Positions 34,541 to 46,574 of a stretch of 64,000 nt of DNA are shown here, in pieces (the stretch's first letter is position 1; each line of letters opens with the position of its first letter). The position numbers and the translations under genes are program-made. Where the stretch lies: assembly GCA_030704615.1 (NCBI GenBank), contig CM060734.1:14198001-14262000 (forward strand), in the 5' to 3' direction. Under the pieces are notes generated by a model. That model had not been told where the DNA came from. It made no database searches and worked only from the letters and a program-made list of their open reading frames with translations. Source of the DNA: Takakia lepidozioides. Its lineage: Eukaryota; Plantae; Bryophyta.

Positions 34541-35850
34541 TATATTTGTATATATATATAACTGGGGTTAGGGTCAATGGCCATTAGGAGCTCCGACCAA
34601 CAACGTCTTATGAGTACATTTTCTTGGACCCTGCTGACTGCTCATCAGTCAGCAGGATCAAGGAGAAAGCAGCAAAGGGGTAGGGGGTTTATTTTATAAA
34701 TAGGGCAGGAAATGGAGGAAGAGAATGTACTATAGATGTTATTTGTCTTGAGTTGAAATTTCGGTCTAAACTGAGGGTATATAGGCCCTCTCCTTTCCCC
34801 CTTTGCTACTCTTAGTCTTAGTTGGGGGGGGGAGAGGGAGGAAGGGAGCGAGAGCTGGAAGCCCACTGCAGCTCTTAGATCTATATATCATTATTTGTAA
34901 TTTGGAATAGGCCAACAAAGTAAGTGCTTAGAAGGGGCCCAGTAGTATGTGCAGCTGTCATCCCTTTTCTTCCTCTGGTTTATCCTCTTTTCATGATTCA
35001 GGATAAGTGGGATGCACTTTCCATGCACCAGACACATTATTCAAAGGTCAGGACCAAAGGTACCATGGGTACATAGTTGACAGTGGACACTATGTACTTT
35101 TTACCCTGCACTGGCATTGCATTCCTAATTACATGGATCAATGAAACAAGACAGTAAAATGAAATTGCTGACCACAACCCACCCATGCTTAGAAGTGTCC
35201 GAGTCTTCTTTGCCTCTAGCCACTTGCCCTGTTGGTCCTTCAAAGCTTCATGTTTTGCAGATGTTGGCTGATTGCCGAGGCTAGTCGGAGGACGAAACCC
35301 ATTGCATACCAATCCAAATGAAAAGGCTCATGACAGAACCACGCACGACATGTATTGCTAGTCAACAAATGCACCCACATGCAAAGGGGTGGTAAGTATG
35401 ACCACAAGAAGCCACTAAAATGTCGTTGCAGTGATACCAATCAAGGCACATTGGACACTCCTTTATGAGCAACACCTTCTTAGAAGGAGGGCTAGAGGGG
35501 TGCACAATAGGCAAGGGCTACATCGCAATTCCCTTCCCTTTCGTACTTAGCAAATGGCGGAACAAGGGGTACATTACTACGGGAGCAGTAGTGGGTAGTG
35601 TAGTGACCGTGGGCCGTGAACCACGATATCACACGGCCACATTAGCATCGGCTTTAACCAATAGAGGGAGTAGTGGACCGTTTACCACTATGGCTCACGA
35701 CCACTACAACGAGGCAGTTTTTTAGCAAACCTTTTAGGTTGCGTAGGCAGTTAGGCAAACGGTCTGTCGTGCGCATACATATCGCTACACAACTACATCG
35801 CTGTCCAAACCACATCACGCATATATGCACAATAAAGTAGTCTGCCACAA

Positions 35851-36201
35851 TGATAGAAAACTAAGAAGACACTGTTTACACAAGAAACATGAAATCCAAT
35901 ACCATCACTCTTTAAAATACTAGTCAAGCCAGGGGCACCCCAAGCTATGGGGACTCCACCCCACAACAACCTATCATCCCTTCATAAGCACACTCAGATT
36001 CTGAACGATGAAGGAGCTCGGTCGTGCAGGCTCCACTCGAGAGAGATGAGCCGCATGACTGACGCTCTCGTGAAGATAAGACGGTTCAGGTGTCAAACTA
36101 AACTTGACACCTGACTTAACACTTGAAGTAAATCCAAGTGTTAAATACAAATAACTAGCTTTATTCTAGTTAGTTTCACACTGTGTTTATTTAACCTGAC
36201 A
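35851..36201. repeat. 351-bp direct repeat (LTR-derived), second copy at 41912-42262
   Basis: TGATAGAAAACTAAG...TGACA is near-identical in both copies. The first copy is flanked by an ~86-bp direct repeat (35765-35850 / 36204-36289). Confidence 0.85.
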
Positions 36202-36288
36202 GTTGTCGCGCGCATACATATCGCTACACAACTACATCGCTGTCCAAACCACACCACGCATATATGCACAATAAAGTAGTCTGCCACA

Positions 36289-39200
36289 ATCGCCCCCCTA
36301 GCTGGTGGATAGGTCCCTCTAACTCCAGATAGCTACAAGATGTAATAGCCACAGCCGTACTAAGTCCTCTATCACTGTCCCTATTGTACTCAAACTCTAT
36401 AGAGATCCTGGCTCAAGTTCACAGATTGCAAGACGGCGACTAACGATGGGGCTACTCTTGTACCCGGCCTCTTGGAGTGTTTTGACATTCTACCTGTGGT
36501 ACCTCCGTCACAGGTGTGGGTATTATATGCACAGCAGGGTTTCCCCTGGACAACCGCTGCACCTCTGGAATCATTGTTTCCCTGACCAAGCCAGAATTTT
36601 CATAGAGAAGGTCCCCCTTCTCAATTTCTGCCACCACCTGTTCTGTAGTGGGGATATCTAACCCTTTTTTTTCCAAATCAATTATTTGTGGTGGAACTGC
36701 ATGGACAACTTGTGGTAACTCTGTGACAAGCCGATCATTTGGCTGTGATGGCTGTGATACTGAAGTAACCTCATGTTCTCTCTCCACAGGTTGCGTTGTT
36801 TGTACCCACATCTCTCTGTGCTGCTGTGCCCCCTCTTGCACAAGAGTATGAGTAACTTCTTCCTCTGTCTGTCTCGTAGCCAATGGTTCTCCTTCTAATG
36901 TGATCCCTTTCCTCTGCCTCTTAGGCTGTTGATGCTCTGCCAATCCCCCTTCACCTTGTGAAGAACCTTGCTCTTCTATGGCAGGCTGCTCCGCACATGA
37001 ATCCCATGCCTCCCATATCTCTCCCTCAGGAGCAGGAGGTGGACCATCCCGCCTGGGAGCCGGTACCACCTGAGCTGTAGCCATGGCAGCGAGCCTCTGC
37101 TCTAGCTGCTGAAGCTGGTTGGCCATGCCTTGGTCAATACCCTGACCTCCGCGTCCTTAATGTTGAGCTTGCCCTTGGCCTGCACCTCGTCCTCTCTGGG
37201 CTGGTCCACCTCGCCCCCGGACACCATTGTTCCCTTGGAACTGGCCTGGGTGCAACTCAGGATGCAAGTCATAACACTGGGCATCTCCATGCCCATACTT
37301 GCCACAATGCCCACACTGCAACTGTACAGGCTGTGCTTATGCCGGCCTTTTGCCACTCTCTGGGCAATCTCTCTTGACATGGGGTCCTCCATATGTCCAA
37401 CATATCACCCCTGGTTGTTGTTGGCTTGCAAAAGATGCTATTGGCCTCTGCACCTGAGGTCCCCTTTAAGCTCCATGAAATTTGGGTTGGGAAACCTTGC
37501 CCCCCTGACCACGCTGTTGGGCAGTCCTTTGTGCCTGTGGGCTGGCAGCTGCGCCTCGTGCAGGCATGTCTTTGCCAAATCCAATGGTAACAACTCGCTC
37601 CTCCACCATGTTGAGCTCAATCCGCTCAGCCAGCAGAAACACATCTGCTAATGTGGGTTGGGCTGCTTGTAACAGGGTTGCATCCCGCACCCTTCTCCTG
37701 AGCTCCTTGTCCAAAATTCCATACCAGAACTGGATTTCCTGAGCTTCAGTAACCCCTTGGGTCACACTTATCAAGCGCCTCATACGAGTATACGCCTCTC
37801 GCAGGCTCTCACTGGGTTTGCGCTGGAAGTCTTGCAAACTTCGCAGCTTCTCTGTCCGTACACCTTGGTAGTTCCTCCGCAACTCCTGGAAGAACTCCAC
37901 CACCGGGCTGAATCTAGGCACATGTGTTGTAGTCGTGGGATGATGAGTAGTAGGACTTTCTGCAGAAGTACCGACACTACTTGTTCCACTACTAGTGCTA
38001 GCCGTGGGAGGTATTGGTGTTGATGCCGCTACTGGTCGCGTTGTTCCTCGAGTAATGGAGACGTAGTTAGGTTACCAATACATCCTCCACTCTTCAATTT
38101 CTGCTTCATGTCCTCGCCTGAATTCGTGGTAATCGTCCATAGGCAGGCTTTCCAAATGCTGGAACAATCCATTCCACGCCATGAATGGGGTGAACAGCTG
38201 TGGATTGCGCATCTGCTGCAAATCACACCAGCTATCGAACTCCTGGATAAAGTCATCCAGCTCGATTGTGCCCACAGCTCCAGAGTACCTACGAGGCCCC
38301 TTGGTAGCTCCATACATCTCCTCCATGTCGTCCCACAACAATGGTGAAGAAAATTGCACGCTTGTTGCTGAAGCCTCCGGGTCTGTGTCAGACTCTACAG
38401 TAGTTGAGGGAGGAGGTGAAGGTGCTCTGAACCGAATACCTCGTCTTGTGAACCCACTCTCACTGTTACTGCATGTAGCCGTACTCCCCTCAAAACCCTT
38501 GGGTAACTCCGTGATGACACTCACAATGTGCACCTCCCCCACGTGACACTATAAGGCTCTAGTACTAATTCTAATAGTGACACGGGTGGGCATTTGTTGC
38601 AGTTTAAGGGTCATATCCCAGTGGCTCAGGGCACCTGCACCTGCATCCACCGCAAGAACTCCTATGGTTGGCTGGTCATCAACCCAGTCTCACCATAGAA
38701 GAAACACTGGTGGTCTTGCTGGTCATCACTCCAGCCTCACCACCGACAGCATACTCTAGGATTGACCGGTGATTAAATCCGGCCTAATCCCTATGAAAGC
38801 AAGCGCCCACACAAAACCAACATGGCGCACAGTCAAGCATGCAGGTGTTGGGGGGGATCCAAACACAAGAAATCAAAACATCAACACCCCCACACCAAAA
38901 TCCATCTGCAATGCTGATCCTCCAGAATATCCCAGCCCAAAACCCCGGACTGACTGGCCTCCACCAAGAGAGGCTTTGGACACTACAAGTACAAAGTAAT
39001 GAAAATAGTAAAGAGAGGGAGGGGAAGAATAGAAGCCCGACCAAGCAAGATCTAATCCTGATCTATGCTATCAACTGCCAGACTTATCTCAAAGTGCCTC
39101 GCTCTGCATGATGATAAGGTGTAGGAGGTATATCTATGTCCAGAAACCTGCCACTAACCTTGTCCCAAGCTACAGTAGCTTGCTCTAACCAACCCTCCTC

Positions 39201-39900
39201 CTCTTTCTGCCAGGTAAAGACAAAGCAATACTCCCCTATCTCCCGCTCACTGAACACTAAAGAAAATAAAAGTAGGGTCTGACAGTCTCTCAACTCGAAA
39301 GCTTTGAGACGGTTGCGGGCGTCCTCATTGCGAATGACTGCATCTCCTTCAAGCAGAACAAACTTTTCATTGCTAATGAACCCCCGCTCGTGGTTGCCCC
39401 GTGTAGAACGTGTCCGGCTGCAACCATGTCTGATTGCACAAACTTGTAAAGCTCCTGCTCCTCTGCTCCAGTACACCACGGCCTTGTGGCTGAACACCTT
39501 GGTCCCCGGGGCTGTCTTTGGCTGTGTTCCAAGCCTAGCTTTCACCCACCTTGGTATTTCACCTACAGCTGCAGAACTGCTGGCTCCAACAGAGTTCTGA
39601 CTGTCCAATGCAATATTGAGGCCCTCAACGCCAACTACAGCAGTTTGTTGTCTACTGCTAATGTCTGACTCCCAGTATGCAATCAACTCGTCCAACTGCT
39701 CTCCATTCAACTCAGTCTGAGTTCCTCGGGAAACATAAATCTTGTCCATTTGTGTGCACAGACTAAGAGAAGAGACATGCCCTTCAATTATGTCCTCATT
39801 TCCCCCAGCCATACAAGGAGGACATCCACAGATTTGTCTCTCATGTACACCACAACAGGTTCTAGAAACAGAATTGTGGATCTTTCATAGCACACTCACA
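36289..39900 (-). mobile_element. Gypsy-like element remnant with gag + CCHC and an upstream extra ORF, no pol
   Basis: Gag reads GTIELDDFIQEFDSWC (38072-38542) and LQDFQRKPSESLREAYTRMRRL (37466-37921), with CGHCGKYGHGDAQC at ~37275-37317. A PPT-like TAGGGGGGCGAT (36289-36300) abuts a TG start on the minus strand. An unexplained 242-aa ORF lies at 39084-39812. Confidence 0.7.
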
Positions 39901-41911
39901 CTCAAAAAATTCCATAGATTTTTAGCACAGTCCTAAAAACTAAAAGATAGGTAGATTTCCCCTTTCTACAGCTATCCCCTCAAAAACTGTGTCAAACGGA
40001 GCTCATATGACAAAGATATGACCAATTAGGCTCTAAATCGTTTAAATTAGAACAAAAAGGTTTTTTATTTATTTTTTATTTATTTTTTATTAAATTTTAA
40101 CACCAAAACGTTCTCGCCATTAAAAACTGTTCCCACGTTTTTTGCGATTCACTGCAGGTTCCCTAAGAATTCCTTGGACGTAGTTTTCATGGCGCACTGG
40201 GAGTCAATGCAGAACACCTCAACGTGAAAAGTTGAGGAGATACCCTGAGTCACTTGAAACTGAAAGGTGTCAATCTACGAAAGGTTGAGGAGGAATCAGA
40301 GAATGGAGGACCACAAGTATCAGGAGTAGACTGGTCTACAGCAGTCATTGCCAGTTCTATGGGACCTGATTGAAATAAGAGGGTTGTCTGGCCACGGCAC
40401 GGATGGTAATCAGGGGAAAGGGTTGCCTGCAACACCTTGGAACCCTGCAACACAATGGACGTGTCGATTCGTAATTTTGTGATGTTGGCATCTTCTACTT
40501 GTCTTGTCACATGATCTCTTCTTCTTCTTATGGACTGATAGTGGCCTGCGATTATTGTTGGCTTTTCTACTTGCGCTCCCTGCAACACACCTCTCCGGTG
40601 CATCGTCCAGCACTGCTTCCAGCCACCTCAGACTGCCATCAAATCACCGAAGTTGCGCATGAGGAAAACCGCCCCTGCAAAAAGCAAAATCCTCCGTCGC
40701 TTTCTCCAAATCCACATACTTGAAGGCCTCTTCAATCGCCCGTCTGCGACCTAGTTCCGGAATCCAGCCCCCAGCTTTTTGCTCCTCTTTCTTCCTAGCC
40801 TCTACCAACACCAGCGCGGGTATAAAACGGCTGTTAAGTAATGCTCAACAGCCACCTGCAGTTGAGATAGCATCAAAGTAACCATCGGATGCGCTGCAAC
40901 ACTGCATCCCAAGCTTAGTCGAAAAGGCTGAAACCCATGTCATCATCAGACTCCTCATTGGCTTCCTCCTTTTCTCAACTGTGCATCACCAGTCGCAATC
41001 CATAGCAACAGCCCTTTCATAAGGAACAGAGCCACAAGTCCCCAAAGAGCACATGAAACCACATGCAGGTGAAGGTGATCTGCCTACAATTTGCTTGTCA
41101 CAGCTTTGAGGCAACAACCACAACATACCCATTGGACGGAGCATAAATGGTCATGTGCATTTCAGAGCTTTCCTGGAGAACTCGTCTGACCATCCTTCTG
41201 CTACAATTGTGCATGTTGCTTGTACTAGATTGTTGCAGAAGCTACCTGCAAGTGAACAAAGTGGCATTTAGCATTTGCAGCTGACCCCTACAATCTTGCA
41301 AACATCTTGTCAAGAAAGCTGCTGCATTCGGTAAAGCCATGTTGCTGCTGTGAACTGTCTCCACAGCTGAGCCTCTGCTGCCGTCTCAACGTCATCCCCT
41401 CCACATCACTTCATCTGCTTCATTCAGTCTGGCTACGCCATTCTCTTCTCTGCAACAAAATCTTCTGCATTGTCCCCATCTCCTCACCGTGGAAGGATGT
41501 GGCAGACAAGAACTCTCATGTCGCCACTGCTTAGGGCTGCTCCACGGACCTCAAAGCAGATTGATCAAGATTGCCCACACAAGTACAACCTGACGTAGGC
41601 CCTTCTGAAGATGTCGCAGCAAACTACAAACTGATTCGCTCACAGCCTCAAAAACACGGCAGCGGCTGTCAGTTCCAAGATTGAGTCCCTAGCATAGCTT
41701 GAATGAGACGCATAGCTGTGGTTGAGAGCCTTGGACAGACGAAAAGACCCGACTTCCCCAACAGTGCAAGAGCCCTCAGAGAAAATAGAAGAATGTGGGG
41801 ATCTGCATATCGCTTGGACTCATAGATTACCAAGTTATATTATAATAGTGCTAAAAAAAAACATCATATCTAGCTTAGCACTAGAAAACTAGATAGAGCA
41901 TCTCTCTCGAG

Positions 41912-44900
41912 TGATAGAAAACTAAGAAGACACTGTTCACACAAGAAACATGAAATCCAACACCATCACTCTTTAAAATAGTAGTCAAGCCAGGGGCACC
42001 CCAAGCTATGGGGACTCCACCCCACAACAACCTATCCTCCCTTCATAAGCACACTCAGATTCTGAACGATGAAGGAGCTCGGTCGTGCAGGCTCAACTCG
42101 AGAGAGATGAGCCGCACGACTAACGCTCTCGTGAAGATAAGACGGTTCAGGTGTCAAACTAAACTTGACACCTGACTTAACACTTGAACTAAATCCAAGT
42201 GTTAAATACAAATAACTAGCTTTATTCTAGTTAGTTTCACACTGTGTTTATTTAACTTGACAGGTCATTAACGACCGCAGGCTGTAACGGCTCTTTCGAG
42301 CATAGTATAAAAAGGATGCACGCAACTTAGAGGGGGAGCAATATGAGTATCAGAGATCAGTGTGTATTCAGGGGACTCAGAGTGATTCAATGTGTACTTC
42401 TGTGATGATGTGACAAACTCTGAAGTAAAGCCATGCTATTCGAAGCATCTCTGTGTAGAGTGAACGTGAGATGGAGAGAATGTGCTTTATGAGATAACGT
42501 GAGATGGTGAGAATGTGTATCATCTCAGAATAGTTCTTTGTTTTGTCTTGACTACCATCTGCTTGTATGAACAAAGAAGCTTCAGTCATTTCGACTAAGA
42601 TCTTATATGCTAAAGAGACTGTAGGTTGGGCTTAATCAATAGGATTAAGCAGCCTATAGGGACATGGATTCATACGACGTTCATGGTTTAGCAATCCTTA
42701 AAACGATTACTTCGTAATCGTTTCTGAAAGCATACCGTCGGACAACCTCTGTTGTATGTCTTAGGAAATGGGCAGTAGCGCTGATAGCCTATTTTGACTA
42801 AGTCATAAACCAGCGGTTAATATTTGGCGACTATACTGGGGACTAACGGTATGTTGAGTTCAAGTGAACTCAAGGAAGGATGGTTACTCAGTGATTTCTT
42901 GAAATCACAAAAGAACGAGTCAACGGAAGCAGAGGAATGGAAAGCATTCCTGAAAAAATTTCATGGCTTACCAATAGCAATACAACAAAAGATTTTTCTT
43001 TCAATTGCGAAAGAAGATGACAAATGGGGATTAAAGGGAGGAGTGATCAGTATTACACGAGCACCTTGGGACTGTAGAATCAGAAGTGAAGAATGGTTGT
43101 CCCGTCTAGCTTTATTGATTACATCCCAATCAGAAAAGTTTGTTACACTAGTTATATTTTCAGGGAAGGATGTTCAAATTATGAATATTGTCATATGATC
43201 ATAGAAGCAGTGGAGTACTGGATACCCAAAGACTTGTTACAAGTCAGATACACTGAGAAAGACAAATGGTATTATTGTGCCCATTGAAAGATTGGTGATC
43301 AATCAGTAAAGGGAAAATTAAGTCGTAATACGGATTCTGGCAAGATAGGGTAAATCTTGGAGAAAGGGTAGAGACCACTATAATTTTTCTTACTGACATA
43401 CCAAGACTGATTAAAGGGTACTGAAAAGGAATTTTGTATATGATGTGGGAATGAATGAGGAAATTAAAGACAAAGCTAAACAAGACAGAGCTGAAAGAAT
43501 AGAGAAATATGCTGCAGAAAGGGAAGCTCGGTTGAGAAAAGAGTTCCCAGAATTACAAAACTTGAATATTATTCAAGGTAAGACATCAAGACAAATTGAA
43601 GGTGATAAACCAGAAGATCAGGAAATCGGATCGTTGGAAAGTGAGAACACTACTCCAGAAGGAGTTGCCAGTAATGCACTTGATGAATGGTTACCACAAG
43701 AAAGATTTGAAGGACCTTCTATAGTAACAAGTCCAAATCGAGGCTTTGCTAAAATATTGGAAGAAAGATTTGAGAATATTATGAGTGAAGAAGGTGAAAG
43801 AAGTGAAACTACTTGTCCAGAAAGGATAACCAGGACTGCACTCAAAGCTTTTAAAGTCATTAAACTTAGTAGGGACAACAGCTGGAAGACGGCTATCATT
43901 GGGACAAGGACCTCCTAGCTTTGAATCATTGTTTGGAAGACAAACACCAACAACACCACTAGCCTTGACAATCCCAACACCACCACAGCCAGCAGCAGCA
44001 GGACCATCCCAGTTTGGACAACCAGTTGCACCAGTAGCACCAGTTGCACCAGCTGCACCAATGGCTTTAGCAGCAAGCAAAACCAGACCGCCGTTCCCTT
44101 TATATGATGGGAAATCTGATCCGGATATCCATCTTAATCAATTTGAGAACATGTGCACCATTTACAATTAAGCAATAGACCAGGAAAAGATCCGATTATT
44201 TCCTTGTTCAATGGCCAGAAAAGGCATTGAATGGTTGGCAACCTTTCCAGCCAATCACTTTGCAAATTGGACGGATATAAGAGCCGCGTTTCAAGAAAGA
44301 TATAGATCCAACAAATCCACGTCTGAAATCTTCACAGGATTACAGAACCTGAGACAGAAAAAGAAAGAATTGGTAGTCGACTACCTGGAGAGAATGAAGA
44401 CTCTAATCAGGAAGCTACCTCAAGCACCAGGTGATGACTTACAAAAATCATGGTTCATCAACGGACTTCGTCCTGAATATATAACCATGGTTACAGTCAT
44501 GCCTAACAACACTTTGGCTGAAGCAGTAGGAACTGCAAAGAAATTGGAATTGGGATTCCATCAGAGCAGAAGTAAAGATTCCAAGGATCTCTTGGAAGAA
44601 GAAGACTTTGATGATGAAGAAAAGCCCAAGCAAAAGAAGAAAGAAGTGATTGACAAAACCACTTTGGATCAGAAGATAGCAGAGGCTATCAAGAATTTTA
44701 AAGATGAAGGACCACGGAAGGCAACATGGTGTCACAAATGCGGGACTGCAGGACACTTGGCAACGGAATGCCACATGAAAGACAAATACTGTGATATTTG
44801 TCATATGAACAATCATAATACCAGCCATTGTATTTACAATCAACGGGCCAAGAAGAGTGGGTACACACGAGAGGTGGGGGTACACCAAGTCCAAATCCGA

Positions 44901-46494
44901 CGGGGAGGATTGGATGGACCAAGACGATACAATATGGGTAATCGTTATCAGAGGCCACGAGATGACTATCCACCACGGGATAGAGAACATCAACCCAGAA
45001 ACAAAGAAATCACGAGATGCCACTACTGCAAGAAAGAGGGACACTGGAAACATGAATGCCAGTTACCAATCAAGCATGAGGCGGAAGTGGGAAATATGGA
45101 AGCCGGACCAAGTGTAGCCGTGAGTGTGGTAACCCCTGTAGTGGATACCCTTGCGGTAACCCGAACTCAGGCCAAGAAACAGAAACCTCCAGATAAGGAG
45201 ATTGAAGAAGAACGGAAACAATATCCAGTAAGTGCAGCATGGTAGAAAGAAAAGAGCTTACACCGGGAGGTAAGTAAAGCCATAGCCCAAATGCAAGAAA
45301 GAACCCATATACCTTCTGGAGAGATAATCAAATCAGACCAACGATGAAGACCACGAATGCAACCACGGAAACAGAATTGGCTGAAGTAATCTGCCAGACC
45401 AAGACCCAAATTACCATTGGACAATTAGTAAAAGTTGCTCCACACTGCAAGAAAACGTTATTTCGGGCAATCGAGGCATTGACCCCCACACCAAAACAAA
45501 AACCAACACCAGAGGTTTACACGATTAAACCCACAACTATACGACAAACTCCAGACTACGACGAAGCAATACCCGTAATACAAGTACGTATTGGACGGAA
45601 GATGGTAACGGATGTACTCATCGATGGAGGATCCGGCGTGAATATCATGACAGAGAAGATGAAGAAGTCACTAGGGTTGGGGCACATGGAACCTGCTCCA
45701 TTCACGGTACGAATGGCCGATCAACAAAAAGTGCAGCCAGTGGGTATCATCAGACGACTTGCAATGGAAGTAGCAGGACTGGTATATGAAGTATCAGTAA
45801 CCATTCTCAGAATGGAGGATGTGGCAGAAGGATATTCGCTACTACTTGGCCAACCATGGTTAACACAAGCCCAATCACACCACGATTGGGGAAGTCAGAC
45901 CCTCACGATCAAAAATGGATCAGAACAAGTCACCATCACTACAAAGCAACGAGGTACCATTCCACGAGAGAAACGACCTTGCATAGTGGAAGAGTATGAT
46001 TGGTCTAGTGGACTGTCGGATGAAGAAGAAGCCACAGTATATGCAGCACATCCACAGTTGGAACCTGTTGGGCAATTAGTGGTCAAGCATACCACAACAG
46101 TAGGATGTCACATGGTGAAAACCCAAGGAGAACCGAATACTACAAGAACGGAAGATCCGGAGGAAGAAGCTATGGACACACCTCAACACCCTGCCCGTTT
46201 TTATCAAGAAAAGGAAGAAGACATTAAAATCAGTGAGATACATGCCACGATTGCAACCATCGGACAAGAAATTGCAGGATGGACAGTAACGGAAGAAACT
46301 CAATTGATTCAAGTGAATCTGGGAACAGTGGAAGAACCACAGATAATACGAGTAAGTGCAGGTCTTGAAGAATCATTTCTACAAGAAGCCACTGCATTAT
46401 TCACTGAATACAAGGATGTATTTGCCTGGAACTACAAAGATTTGAAGGGTATACCTTCCAACATCTGTCAACACCGAATTGAATTGGAAGTTGA
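41912..46494 (+). mobile_element. Non-chromoviral gypsy (Tat/Ogre-like) element D: putative LTR, PBS, extra ORF region, gag, protease, start of RT
   Basis: A PBS-like TGGCGACTATACTGGGGA is at ~42825. Gag has YDGKSDPDIHLNQF and WFINGLRPE plus three CCHC knuckles. Protease reads VLIDGGSGVN and the RT lead-in reads YKDVFAWNYKDLKG...HRIELE. The LTR boundary is uncertain. Confidence 0.8.
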
Positions 46495-46574
46495 CACTTA
46501 TCATCTGTCAATTTCATCACGTTTTCATCGCAACATGTCACGTCCACGCGCCGCGGTGTAACGCACCAGCAGTC

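Noticed and set aside
34600-34670. Hammerhead ribozyme (CTGATGAG...GAAA on the minus strand)
   Set aside because: No stem II closes before GAAA, and the core sits in the loop of a simple long hairpin.
40200-41900. Possible host gene remnant
   Set aside because: I could recognise no motif or consistent frame, so it is left unannotated.
35851-42262. Complete LTR retrotransposon bounded by the two 351-bp repeats
   Set aside because: There is no TSD and no adjacent PBS, and the second copy appears to continue into the LTR of element D.
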